Shown in pieces: positions 39,301 through 53,130 of a DNA stretch of 64,000 bases. The notes under the pieces are model-generated. The model worked only from the letters and a program-made list of their open reading frames with translations, ran no database searches and was not told where the DNA came from. Location: the NCBI GenBank assembly GCA_028534125.1, contig CM052832.1, positions 9,550,001 through 9,614,000 on the forward strand, written 5' to 3'. The stretch's first letter is position 1, and the number at the start of each line of letters is the position of its first letter. Source of the DNA: Lama glama (Eukaryota). Position numbers and translations under genes: made by a program.

Positions 39301-42300
39301 TAAGTAGTCCTCCCAATTAATGACCGCAAATTATCTGCTTGATGCTACCTGCTGCCCACTTTATCTCATTCAGCTTCACACTATCCCACTCACTGGTGAC
39401 ATTTACAGCGATGAGGAAACCGCATCAGAGAGATGTGGTAACACACCCCAAGGCCCCACAGTTAATAAATGATGGAGCAGAAACTGGAACCCAAGTTCAG
39501 TTGGGCTCTAAACCTCTGCCTTGACCCCACACCATCCAGCCTTCCCTCCCAGCTAGGAGCTGCGACTGGCCTGCTGTCTCTGGCCACCAGGCCTTGCCCT
39601 TGGCCTCCTCCTAGTCCAGGCAGCCTCAGCCACAATGCAAATACACCTCAGGCCAATAGGGGGGTCAGGTTCTGAGGGAGCCATGGAGGAGGGGAGCTGT
39701 CATCCCAGGCTGAAATCTGAGGTGGACCTCTCCTGCTGAAACAGGTGTGGCACCAGGAATTATCTTCCAGCCAGGTTTTTGGATATTAGATGGCATTTAT
39801 GTACATGAAAGCAAAGTTGCCTTCCTTGCCTGTCAATATATGAGGGAGAAATGTAAAGGAATCCTGTGCATAGTCCTGTCAAAAGGATTTCATTTGGGGG
39901 GAAACTGGGACTGTTTCAATGATGAGGTTTGGGTAAATGGAGACAGACCTAGATTTCCTCCTATTTTACTGCTGTTTTTTGTTTTGTTTTGTTTTTGATG
40001 AACTTGCCATGGTCTTGAGTTTGTATCTTGGTGGGACTGTGGTCCACCTGGGCCTCAGGCTCAGCTCAGAATCTGTTTCCAGTTCTCCCAAAGGTACCTC
40101 CTTTCTCTGGAAGCTTCTGGGTCCACAGTGGCTCTCTCCACTTTCCTGCCTTCTGAATCCCACCTGTATGTTCCTCAGCTGCCTCTCTGGTCTGTGTAAT
40201 TGCTCAAGACCTCCCAGGTCTCCAGGGACTCTTGCAGTGGGAAAAGGCTCAAGCGAAAAGGCAGATACAAAGGGAGTGTCCGAATTTCAGGGGGACAAGT
40301 TGCTAGGATAGGGCCTGTATTCCGACTGAGTAGTCTCTTTGTGACCCCAGAGAGCAAGTTGTCCAGCCTCCTCTCTGTCTCCTGCTTCACCTCCTCACTG
40401 TCCCTTCCTTCCTCAAGAGGCAGCCAGGCCCTCCTATATCTCCTCAATTGAGGAGGGGGCTGCTTTCCAGGAAGGCCTGTTCTAGTGTCCCTGACACTGA
40501 TCCAGCAGAGTTCATTTACTTCCATGGAAATATCCCCAAAGTTGGATTGTATTGTCTGTCTCTTTAGTTTTGGACCTTGAGCTTGAGAAGGTTGGAAAGC
40601 CCCAGCTTTCCTGACCTGAAACCTTTGGAGGACCTAGTTGATGGTGGTGGCCACACTCACCTCACCTGCTGGTATGCCTTGATGCCCTGGGAACTGAGCC
40701 CGGGTTCTGGCCACACCTCCTTTTTTTTTTGCTTGAAGTAACATACATGTATGATCTTTTCAGCTCTGTAGGTCAGAAGTCTGACACTGATCTCACTGGG
40801 CTAAAATTAAAGTGTCAGCAGCAACACATTGTTCCTTTCTGGAGGTTCTAGGGGAGAACCTGTTCCCCCGCCTTTGCCAGCTTCGAGGGCTGCCTGCCCT
40901 CCCTGGCTGGGGCCTCGCCCATCTGCCCAGCCAGCCATGGCTGGGCGCATCTTTCTCCCATCACACCGCGTTGACTCTGTTTCCCTCGTCACATTTCCTT
41001 CCCTGACTCTCAGCCACACCTCTTTGAACTAGGAACTCAAACTGGATTTCCAAGAGGTGCTCCCGTGGGGAAGGAGCCACCTGAGCCTTCCACCCCTGCC
41101 TCAGCCGCAGCCACTCCCCTTCCAGAGGGTTCCAGAGAATGATCGCATTCTTAGAATGGGCTGCCCTGCTCAAAATCGCCACAGACCAAAAGAGAACAGT
41201 GCCTCAGAATCAGGGCTGAGGCATGGAATCCAGGAGGTATGAAGAGTGTCTGCGCTGGGGTTAGATGGCCCCCGGCTCCAATCTGGCCCTGCCCTACCCC
41301 GCGGGGGCCTCGGGTGTGTGCTTCACCGCCCCCCCCCCCCGCCTCTCCAGCGCTGCTTCTTGGCTCCAGCCAAGCTGCCCTTACCCTCAAATAGCACCCC
41401 TCACATCCCCATCTCCCATTCCCATCCTTAAATGGTGAGATTAGAATTCCCCACTTTGGGAGCAGGGCACAGAGTGGTTCAGAGGTCAGCCCTAGAATGG
41501 AGACTCCAGCTTTGCCGCTTACTTTAAGGCTTTGGGCAAGTTATTAGACCTCTCCCTGTGCCTCAGTTTGCTCATCTGTAAAACAGGATGATGGTCGTAC
41601 AATGGCATGGGGCTATTAATGAAATGAATTAATAATGTAGAAGATGCTCAGACTGGTGCCTGGCATGTTACAACTGTCCAAGACATCTTGCCTCTTATTA
41701 CATTATTGTTACTATTATAGTGATCAACTTGCCAGATTGCTTCTAAAACTCCTAGCATAACAATAGTAGTGGCCATTAATAGTGTGATAACTCAGCTGCA
41801 GAAAAGATGCTCCCTAGACCCCAACACTGGAGCAGAGAGTAAATGGAGTAATGAGAGGGAGGGCCAGCCTAGGGGCGTGCCTGTGTTAACCCCCTACCCA
41901 CCCCCAGTCTTATTCAGGGCCTGGCTGCCATATCATGTCAGATCTAGGACCTTGGTGTCAACACAGCACTATCTAGGGAATGTCCCAGGAAATCCTGGTG
42001 TCAACACACAGACTCTTAGAAGCCAGTGAGAATTGGGTGGGCTGTTGGGAGTGTCTGGTTATCTCTACTTTTGTTGTTTCTGACTGGGTTAAGTCTGCGC
42101 CCTCTCCTTGCCCCACCTACCCCCTGGCACCTCCAGCTTCAGGCCTGGAGCCTGGCAGCCAGGACTGAGGAATCACGTTTGCCCAGAGTGTATGGGACAG
42201 GGCAGTGCTGGGAACTGGGATTTCCAGGGACGTGTGGAGCGCGGAAAACTTGCCATTTTTCCTCTTTGAGAGTTGGAGAGTCTTGAATGGACCAGCTAAC

Positions 42301-43652
42301 TCTGGTGGTAGGGCAGCACACAAAGGACTCTGTGTCCTATTTCTGGGGTGCCCCCAGGAGCCTCCATGTCACATTCAAGACCCAGATTCTCACATAGAGG
42401 GCCACGGCTGGAGGGCTAGGAATTGGGGGGTGAATGTGTTCTGATCCCAGGACCTCTCTGACAAGCCCGGTCTCTTTTGACTGAATGGATCATTGGCTTT
42501 CTTGCAATTTTCTCCCAAAGTCACGTGCAAGAGGAAAGGTCATAATGATTCATTCCCTGTTTCAGGTAGTAGGATTCTGCTTAGTTGGAATTTTGACCTT
42601 TCTCTTCTTTTCCCTCTGGCTACAGAGGAAGAGGGAGTCCCTCGGGCCCCAATAGATGACAAAAGCCCTTCTTGCTCCTGACCTGCATAGTAGGAAGTCA
42701 GCAGTGACCCCTGCCCCTAGGAGGTGACAGTGTGAACTTGTGAAATTCTCATCATGTGTGTGTTAAGGGTTGTGAGACAGATGGGTTGATAAAATGTGAG
42801 TGGCTCCTCACACCCTCCCTCTATGGTAGAAACCCCCAGAGCACAAGCCCATCTGCTGGAGGAAGAGAAAGATTGTGTGTCATCTTCCTACAGGGGACAG
42901 GGGCCATATCTGCTGCGTACTTAGCTATGTGCAGGCCGCACTTAACTCTTCACAAGCGTCCTAGAAGGCTGGCATCACTTCCATTGTACAGATGGGAAAA
43001 CTGAGGCTCAGAGAGGTTAAGTGACCCAGCCAGTCAGTGGCAGAGCTGGGACATGTACTAAGTCAGGGGACCCTACTGTCCTATTCTTTCTGTTCTGTCC
43101 TCAAGGATGCATCAAATGGAGCCCTGGTCCCAACCATTGATGGTTTAGGGGCTAAGGAAATCTCAGGTTAGGGGAGTCCAGGAGTTGGTGCTGGACACTG
43201 GGCAGCCTCATTGCTCTGCTTGTTCCAGATTAGAAATTTAAACACTTGAGAGAAAAGCCACCCTGTTTTCCTCCCTCTCTCAGAGATAAGCTCTAGCTGG
43301 GGCCTTGGCTCGGCTCTCAGGGCCCCCAAAGGAGGGACTTGTAGGAGCGAAGGCTCAGGACCTGAAGGGGGTGGATCAGGAGAGAGAGGGCTGTGAGGGT
43401 CTGAAAGCCCCAGGAACACTGCAGGAGACCCCAAGAAACCACCCTGGAGCCCTTCCCACTCCGGCTTCAGTTGGCCCCATTAGCACACACTCTTCCTGTA
43501 GGAAATTGTCACTTAAGAGGCACTGGCCTGACTCAAACAGGCTACAGCAGGGTCTGGGTTTACCTACTGGGAACTGCAGGGCAGATTAAACTCAGTTGGC
43601 CCCCATGTCTTTGATCTCCAGCTCATGGTCTCCCCTCACTTTTCCCCTCTAG

Positions 43653-43759
43653 ATGGGATCTATTTTGGCGACAACCGATTTGACACAGTGAGTGAGTCAG
43701 GAACCGCCACGCTGAAAGCTCGGCCCAGAGTCCGACCCCTACTGACTTTTCTTCCCTTG
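43653..43759 (+). CDS. C6orf132: C6orf132 coding exon 2
   Basis: ttttcccctctag|(D)GIYFGDNRFDTVSESGTATLKARPRVRPLLTFLPL|gtgagt. 107 nt, phase 1 to 0. Confidence 0.93.
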
Positions 43760-44464
43760 GTGAGTACGGTTCTGCCCTGAGGTCTGAGGGTCTGCTCTGG
43801 ACGGGTCACCTCAGCTGCCACAGAGGAGGCAGTCCCACCTGCCCTGGCCCGAGTGGACATCAGCCTCACCCTCTGTCCGTTCCCCTACTTTCTGATGCCA
43901 ACCCACGGTGGCTACTGGGAGGAGGCGGGGCTGAAGCTCACGGTAGGAAGGCTGGGATTAGGAGTGTACCTCCTCCAAGTTGAAACTTAAGGAGAGATTG
44001 TGGGGAACTTGTGCGCAGAGGCAACCAGCGGCGGGTACCTCCAGCTCAGCAGAATTCACACTCCACAATCTTTGATGGCTGTCTGCTCCATGCCAGGCCC
44101 TGTGTTGGATTGTGGGATTCAGGGATGACTGAGCCAGCATTGCTCAAGGAACTCCCTGTCTAGTGTAGAGGATGAATCAGTAAATAGACTGTTAGAACAT
44201 AGGACAGAGTAGGGACAGCCGATCCAGCCACAGGGTGTGGTCAAGGAGGGCTTCCTGGAAGAGGTGACACCTGAACTGTCTCGAAGGACAAACAGCAGTG
44301 ACCATTAGGAGAAGGTCATTTCGGACCAATTTGCTCCCTTCTGGCGCCTGTGGTTGGGCTTTTGTTCTCTGACAAGGGAAAGAGACTCAAAGACAACTGC
44401 TGTGCGTGTGACTGGTTCTATTTACCGTGATGAGGGTTCCTGGGTTTTCTGGGACAGTCTAGAC

Positions 44465-44725
44465 CAGTGCCGTCCAACAGAAATATAATGCACGCCTGGT
44501 GTAATTTTAAAATTTCCAGTAGCTACATTAAAAAGCAATGGTAAAATTAGTCCAAAGATGATCATTTTGACATTTAATCAGTGTAGAATATACTAGTGAC
44601 ATGTTTTACATTCTTTCTTTCATACTAAGTCTTCAAAATCCAGTGTGCTACACTTAGAGCACGCACGTCCCACTTCTGACTAGTGACATTTCAAGGTTTC
44701 AGTAGCCAGTGTGGCCAGTGGTTAC
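44465..44725. mobile_element. MER3/MER33-like hAT fossil
   Basis: cagtgccgtccaacagaaatataatgc...gtaattttaaaatttccagtagctacattaaaaag. Confidence 0.65.
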
Positions 44726-47700
44726 TGTATGAGATGGCTCAGATTTAGAGCTTGAACAGTCAGCCCCATAAATTCTAGACTCACTACTATCTGTGAGACC
44801 TGGATCCTGGTTGGGACAATACTGTCACTGAGGTCATAGCATCCCATGCCTCCATGAGGATCTGTTCCGCCTTGACTGACAAGACACCTAACCCGGCTCT
44901 GCATTCTCAGCAGCCCACTAGACCTCATGGCACCCCACGCCTTGGCCCTAGGCACCTGCAGGTTCTGCCCGGCCCTGGTTGGCACAGCCACCTCTCTCTC
45001 TCCATCACCAATTTTTTCTGGTTTGTCCAACCTCACCAACCAGACCCCAAGATTCTGGATGGAGGGACTGAGTCCTAACTCTCCCTGCTGCATCCCCAAG
45101 GTCTGTGCGTGGAGGGCTGAGCACACAGACCTCTGAGAATATCACTTCAAGTAATTCCTTTTCTGCTTACAAAAGCAATTCATGAACATCACAGACAAAT
45201 AGAGAAAGTACAACAGCAACAACAAAAAAGGTAGAAAGCGAGTGGGTCAACCGCCAGCCTTATTTCCAGAGACGCATAAACTGTTACAGGGTTGCTGCAC
45301 CCATACACGCAGGTGAAAAAATTTTGAGATTTTTTTTCATCGTTGGAGGTGAATTTGATTCTCTCCCTTCATCCACCCCCAACACACATGCTCAGAATTA
45401 CAGTGGTGGGCGCCCTGGGCCGACACACCTGTACCTGTTCTGGCTGTTAAAATATTGAAGTAAGTGGCTGTTGCCCCTTGAGGGACTCTGTCCTGGCTCC
45501 TCCTTCAGATCTACACCAGCAACGAAAGGGTTAACACAAGGGCTAATGAGGCAGAGCTGAGTTTGTTCTGATTGGCCCGCATCCTGTATCCCTGCCTCCA
45601 CCCACTTTGGGCCCCTTCAGTATTCGGTGTGGGTCCAGTCTTTCCACCCTCCTCTCCAGAAGTTTGAGCCCTCTGGTTTGATCTGGTCTGGGCCACAGCA
45701 CGACCTGGGGCTGCGCAGACCCCAGGCAGGCTCCACAGAAGACTCAGGGGCCCCTGGAGTGGGCTTGGCTGGCTGGTACTGGATTGGGAGCAGACCCTCC
45801 GAGCAAGCCTCACACTCAGTCCCAGGAGATGGGGTCTTCCCCCAAGGAAGTGAACTCACCTTGAACCCACAAATGAAAGGGGCCTCGCTGGGTCCACACC
45901 AGTCTCGTTTGACATTGGCAGGAACTGAATCCAGAAAGGGAAAGTCACTCTATGAACAGGCAAAGGCGGGTGGGGCAGCTTGCGTGGCCCTAGCCAGCGG
46001 CACCGCCGTGTGATCATGGCTAACGCTGTGGGGCACTTACTGTGTGTCAGGCACCATCCCAAGTGCCCCGCGTGTTAACAGAGTCAGTGGAGCCGCCCTC
46101 TTGGGAAGATGCTGCTGTGAAGCCCCATTTCACAGGAGGAGAAACTGAAGCACGGGATGGGGACATAACTTGCTTAATGACAGGCAGCTCGTAAGAGGCA
46201 GAGCTGGGATTTGTAGCCAGGCTCTGGGGTCCACGTTGTATTCATGCCGTCCTACCTTCCCCCCAACTCATGACCCAGAAGCTTTTTCCTTCCCTCCTAG
46301 CACCAGCCTGCAGAACCACCTGCATCTCCCGGGTCTGCCTCTCTGACCCCTGTCCAGCCAGCGCTTGCTGGGCACCAGGTCTCTTGCCTCTTTTGGCTCA
46401 TAGACCCCTTTGAGACCATAATGAAGCTATGGGCCACATACACACAGTTTTGTTTATAAGGGATCTCAGGCCCCTGGAAGCCCACGTATGATGCACCTGA
46501 AGATTAAGAACTCTGGACCTCATGGCCCGTATCCCAGTCACATGTTTTGCTTCTGACTCAGGTGATAAGATACAGAGTAGCCCCAGCATCCTTCGTCACC
46601 TGCTCCTGGGTTGAGGGGAATCTGCCTCCTCTCCTTTAGGCTCTGGGCTGGGCCTTTATTTCTTTGAGCTGGAGCAGGAGGCCGGGAGAATAAGAGGCAG
46701 GACAGAACCGTGTGTGGGTGCGGGTTCACACACAGACACACATGTGCACACCCTGCCCCACAGCCCCACCGAGTCAGGGTAGGAGAGGAGCCGGGGCGGC
46801 GGCCCAGGCCCTGCCCGACACTGTCCTAACCAGCTGGGCCTCGCCCCTCCCCGTCCTCCCTTCCCACACTCAGAGGGCACCTCCCAGGCCAGGCCACCCT
46901 GGAGCAGGGGAGGCTCAAGGCAGCGATGCCCAAGAAGCCAGGTGACAGGCCCATGCTCTTCCTTGAGCCTTGCCTGGGCCTGAGCTGTCTTCTGAGGGCA
47001 GCGTTGTTGCAGGCAGTGCTCACAGGAGCCTGCAGAGGGACAGCTGGGAGAGGGGAGGGCAAGATGAAGCTGAGGAGGGCAGCGCCCCCTTCCTGGAGCT
47101 TCCTCACTCTGGGGTGAAAATGCAGAGGACGAAGAAATACTTTCTCAGGCAGCCAGCAGCCAAAGGCCAATTATGAAAAGGACCTTGGGGTCCCTCAGTG
47201 ACCAGGATGGGATCTTGATTGGTCTTCAGGTAACTGGCACCAGTCCTGACTGCCGCTGAGGGCCAGGCCCTTCCTCTCTGGGGGCCTCTGGCTCCTTACC
47301 CATCAGTGGGGGTCACACAGGATGGTTCCCTAGGGTCTCCCCGGCTGCGACTTTCTGTGTTAAAATAACACAGAGGTGGGGTTAGCTCCCTAGAGGCCTC
47401 CAGAAAGGCCAGACCCCCCCCGAAAAGGATGGAGCTCCAACCAGCCACCAGGGCCACCCCACTTTCTGCACCGAGAGCTCTGAGGAACTGGATCAGAATT
47501 TCAAACTTCAGAGCCAAAGGGACCTCATGCTCATCAGGATGAGAAAACGGAGGCCCAGGGAGGGGATGGTCCAGCCCAGGCCACATGGCTCAATACCAGT
47601 GGAGACAGGACGCAAGCCCAGGTCTCCTCCCAATCCAGTCCTGTCTACACCTCTGTGGGCCTGGGCTGAGTGGGGAAAAGATCCTTTCTCCCCACTTCCT

Positions 47701-50700
47701 TCTGCCTCCAAGGGGAAGCCCGACCCACAGCTCCAGCTCCAGCCTGTCCCTGGCTTTCTAGCTGAGCTGATGGAACAGCTGCCGGTGGGAAGATTTATTT
47801 CTCTCTGGGGCTGCCTCTTGCCCTACCTAGTCTGAATCAAACCATCTCCAGGGTGATGCATATGAGGAATTAAAAATTAAATGCCAATGTGGCAAATATG
47901 GGGAAACTGGCCAGACAGGTCCCCAGTGGTGCCCCGGGCGGTGAGAGCTCCCCGGGTCACTCCACCCTCTGAGTCAGGCGGGCCTGGCTGTGCCTGGGGA
48001 GGTGTCAGGCTGGGCTCCGGGAAGGAAGCCTGCCTGTTCTGGGCCCCGCTGTCAAATTCCTCAGCCCCCTGGAAGCTCCAAGATGCAGCCGAGTCAGCTG
48101 GATTTCTCCTTTCCACTTTTCCACTCCACCCTCCACCGCAGGAGCTCATCTCTGAGCTCAAGGCCCAGGCTCCCTTTGGGGTTGGGGTTTGAGCTCCTTA
48201 GGCTGAGCCGGGAAGGGTAGTCGTTATTGGCTATTTTTTTTTATGGGACTAGAAAGGAGTTTATTAGGGGTACTCGGTCATAGCCAACAGCGGGCCACAC
48301 AGGTGAGAGATGCCTGAGTGAGCACCAGGGTGAAGAACAAGGGAAAAGTTCAACGTTATTGGCTTTTGATTGATTCATGTGGCTGACTGCCGTTAGCTGG
48401 AAGGGCTGTCGGGTGGCGGTGGGTGGGGGTCAGAAGCCTGCATACAGCTGTTGAGGTGATTGGTCCTGATTCAAGCCTAGGTCTGTCCGCTGTCCAGGGT
48501 TTTGGTGTTTTTTTCTCCCTGCTGTGCTGTGCTGTCTCTGTTGAAGGTTCCCAGGGGTCAGCAGATCCCATGTCCCTCGTTGAGTCTCTGACTCCTCCAG
48601 TGGACAGATGGAGCCCCCATCCCCACTGTGGCCACCCCTCCTCTACCTGCCTGGCTCCTTCCCTCACAGTGAGGGCCTCAGCCTGAACCTCCAAAGCTCC
48701 ATCCACACCCCCATCCTTACGAACAAATAGCCACCCCTTGTCCACCCCGTGGACTCAGGGATGTGCGCCCCCTGCCCTTAGATGGACTGATTGGGAAAGA
48801 AACTCTTGAAATGGACTCAAGGTCATTTAAGTGGGGGATTCTAGAGGTCTTGGTGTCTGGAGCGGGGTGACGAAGAGAGGTGGGTGGGTTCTGAGGGCAT
48901 GTTCCCTTGACCCCATGGACTCCTTGCCTTGCACAGAACCAGAGCAGGGACCTCTGTAGCTCAGTCTAGGCAGGGCCTTGGTAGCCCAGGTCTAAGAACG
49001 GTTCTGGGATGGCAGGCAGGTCCAGAGGAGGGCGGCCTCATTGGTGGAATTCTCTGTTCTCCAGGAAGGGCTATGAACTGTAGCAGAGGGTGGAGGCCAG
49101 GGTGGGGAAGTAATTAAGCCCTTTTTTAAATGCTCACTGGTTCCCAACTTCAGAGAAGCTGCTTTGTGGGGAACCCTCTTCCCTCCCCCGCCCGCTGCCC
49201 TCCAGAGCCAGGAAACAACTGGCCGGGCTTCACCCAGCTGGGGACTTGGGTGCCTGGAGGGTTTTCCCTGTGGCTCTCACTCTGGGGGCCCATGCCCCTG
49301 CTCCCCCAGCCTCCAGCAGTACCCCCAACCGTGCCCGGCTCTAACTCTGACTCAGGGTCACCTCCCTCACCCCCTGCAGCTCCACACCCCACCCTGAGGT
49401 GCCCCAGCCAGGCTCCCAGAGGAATCTGGTGAGGAAGTTTGCATTCCACACTGTGTAGCTAAGACTCAGAGCTGGCCCAAGCCCAAGGTCAACCGCCATG
49501 GCCCATTAGCCCAGCCCCTGGTGACCCACCCTTGGGGTTTGCCTGGGTTCTGAGGAATCCCAGGCATGAGGAGGTGTGTGTCCCAGGCATGAGGAGGCTA
49601 CAGAGGCAGGGCTGGGCCATCGGTGGGGTGTGCCCTGTCCCCCTGAGTCCTTGGTGGTGCAGTAGGGGGCTAGCGGTGGGCATTGACCTCTGTGGGTCCA
49701 GCCCACTGCACCCCACTCCTCGGCCACGGCCACTCCCCTGCATGGCTACTGCAGAGCAGCCCTTGCTCAATGCCTGGGGCAGATTCCAGCCCTATAACTT
49801 TAAGGGGGACATAACCTCATCCTCGAAGAGTGAGGGTTTCCCTCCCTTTCTCCCTTCCTCCTTACTTCTTTCCTTTCTCCTTCTCTGAAATATTCATGTC
49901 CAAAAGGGGAGGAGGGGATTCCCAGTGACCTGACTCTGACCACGGGGAAGCACCCTTCATCTCTTCCCATCCGACCAGACACACACATCCCCGGGGCCAT
50001 GCCCGGAGCAGAGTGTCCACGGACTCAGGCCACTGTTCACCCACTGAGCTTTGTTAGGACCTGAGGGACGAGAGCCCGGGGAACTGCCCTCCCTTGAGTG
50101 CTTCTCAGCAGGATCTCTTTAGGCGTGCCCTGGCCCCGGTGGCACGACCAGCACAAGGGAGGTGGGATCAATCCACCTTATCCTACAGATGCGAAAACTA
50201 AGCCTCAAGAGGGGAGAGAGGGGCACGCTCCCTGACCACGCACTGTGTATCAGATACTGTCTTTGAGACGATGGAGTTAAATTAACATTGCCAACCTGGT
50301 CTGCCTGCTTACCAAGTTCATGCTCTTTCTGCTTGATTACAAGAATTAAAAAGAAAATAACAATTGCATTGGGTGTTTTTTTTTAATTATGAAGGAAACA
50401 GAGGTTTATTGTTAGGAACTAAATATAGAGCCAAGTATAAGGAAGAAAATATATATAAATAGCCTTGGAAGGGCGCCCCACCCCCAGCCTCGCTGCCCAA
50501 GAGTCATCGTTGGGTGACTTTTCCTTATACTAAGCTGTGATGGGTTTTAAAGGGCTGCTTGACTGAGCTGAGAACCTGGTCTGCACCGCTCTGGGAGGTG
50601 GGTGAGGTGACCAGTGATCTTTAATTCTGGGTGTCATCCAGGTGTGGGGACAGGGAAGGGCTGAGGCCCAGTTTCACATGAAGGGCCCCAGCTGGCAGGG

Positions 50701-52982
50701 CCAGGGCTGGACTCTGCCCCAGGCGTTGAGCAAGGGCTGCTCTGCAGTAGCCGTGCAGGGAGTGGCCGTGGCCGAGGAGCGGGGTGCGGTGGGCCAGCCC
50801 CGCAGAGGTGCTCAGATGCTCACTTGCATGTTCTCTGTTGTTTCCATTGGGCTCCAAGGGCCACACACCCTTCTCTCCTGAGCATGTTTGAGGCACATAC
50901 CAACCCCTGGGCAGCACCCTGGGGCACTGGGTCTGTCATTTCCCCAGAGCCAGCACGCTGCGGGGGACGGGGGGACGTGTAGAGGGTGGGGCCCAGTCAG
51001 CTCCTGGCCGATGGCAGCAGTCCCAGGCCCATCTGAAGCCAGCCGTGACCTCAGGCCCAGCCCTGCCTGTTTGGCCTCACCCTATGGCTTCTGGAAAAGC
51101 AGCTTCACAGACTCCACCTCCCTGCCCCACTTGTCCCTTCCCCTCTCTTGTGTTCTCTGGCAGAGAACACCCCGAGGCAGTGGCGGAGGTCTGTCCCAAC
51201 ACCCTGCCTTGGAGGGGTGGCCCCAAGTGCCCAGGCCACTGCCCACATGGCATAGATGAGCTGAGTACAGACTTTGTGGGCCTGGACTCCCAGAACACCA
51301 TGGCTGAGGTGATCCTTAAAGAGTGTCCACAGAGAGGCAGGGAGGCCCAGCGACGCGGTGACTTTCCTCCAAGTTAATTGATTGGGGGCTTAGGTTTTAC
51401 ACCTCTCTGTCCTGTGTTCTTCCTACCACTCATTCACTCACCCAGGATTTGTTCACTCAACAAACATTGAGTTGCTCAGTCTGCCCCAGGGATGTATAAA
51501 GGATCAACTGTCCCCCTGCCCACAGGTAGGCTGGGCTGGTGCAGCAGCGATTATTCATCTGCTGTAGGCTCAATATGTCCTGGAGGAAAAGTGAGGGCGA
51601 GTACTGTCGTGGGAAAAAGGGCAGGCTCTGAGGTTCCAGTATGGGCCCTGCCACTTCCTAGCTGTGTGACCTTGGGGGAGTACTTAGCCTCTCTGTGCCT
51701 CAGTTTCCTCTTCTATAAAATAAAAACAATAACCTGGCCTCTCAGGGTTACTGTGAGGATTAACTAGGTTGCTACATGTGAAGTGCTCAGAACGGTGTCC
51801 AGCACACAGTAGGGCACCTAATAAATGTCAACTGTAATAATAATGCACCCAGGGTGAGGAACACACTGGGAAGAGAAATTAACTTGGGCTGAGTTTGCCA
51901 AAGAGGGCTTCATGGAGGGGCATTTAATCTGGGGTTTAAAGGATAACTAGGAGTTTGCTGGATAAAGAAGGGCATCCTAGGCAGAGTAAGAGCAAGGCTG
52001 GGGAGGCCTGATGAGATGTGGGAATGAATCCCAAGTAGCTGTAGTTCCCAATGGGGGTGTGTATGTGTGTGTGTGTGTGTGGCCAAATCATCTAGGGTTT
52101 TTTTCAAGCTATTTACCCACCCCCAGAACCTCCAAATACTCTCTCCAAGGGGTGGTCTCTCTGCCAGCCTGAAGATCCCTGTTGCAAAGAGCCTATTTGC
52201 TTGTGAGTGAATTAGGTCTCCAGGGACACCGGTGGGAAAAAGACAAGAACCACTAGCTGCAGCCCAGAGTTTGTTGGAGTGGGTGGGGAGAAGGTGGCAG
52301 GAGCTGCAGACAAGACAGCTTATAAAAGGTCATGTAAAAGTCTTTGAATTTTATCCTCTGGGCCAATGGAAAGATTCTGAGCAGGGAAAGGACCTGCTCT
52401 GAGATACATTTTAGAATGAACATCCTGGCATGAGGTCTGAAGAATGGGGTGAGACAGAGGCCAGGGACATGATGGCAGTAGTCTGTCTGTCTGTGTCTGT
52501 CTGGGTAAAACACAGGGAGGATTGAAATAGGGCTGAGCTTTCGGGGTGGTTGGAAGGGAGGGACTCAGGAAGTGCAGGCAGAGCTGGGTGATGAGCTGGG
52601 TGTATGAGTAATGACCAGATGCCTGGAAAGACAGTGATATCTAATTAGCTGTGGGTCCTTGGGTACGTCACTTAACCTCTCTGTGCCTCAATTTCCTCAT
52701 CTGTAAAATGGAGGGAGAAATAACACCTATCTCGTCTCATTTGTGAAAAGTGAATGAGTTCAGTGATGGAAAACCGCAGGAAGAGCACGTGGTACAGAGG
52801 ACATGCTAAGTGAGCAGCAGCCGTTGTTACTATTATTGTAAAAGTTGGGAGTACTGGGGGTGAGAGAGAGAGGTGACTGAGATGCTGACATCTGGCCAGT
52901 GGACGGAGAAGCTCTATCTTCCTCGACATTTTCTCTTTTGATGTTCTTGTCTTTTGTTTGCTATGTTTTGCATAACTTAAAA

Positions 52983-53130
52983 AATTTTGGGGGGGGAGGG
53001 AGGATATAATTAGGTTTTGTTTTATTAATTAATTAATTAATGTATTTATTTAATGGTGGTACTGGGCATTGAACCCAGGACCTTGTGCACGCTAAGCACG
53101 TGCTCTGCCACTGAACTATACACTCTCCCC
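52983..53130 (-). mobile_element. tRNA-derived SINE (camelid type)
   Basis: Reverse-strand ggggagagtgtatagttcagtggcagagc...gggttcaatgcccagtacc with an AT-rich tail. Confidence 0.82.

Noticed and set aside
38925..39329. Poly-His, poly-Thr and poly-Val ORFs
   Set aside because: Translations of a degenerate GTG/GAT triplet tract in an intron, with no splice or homology support.
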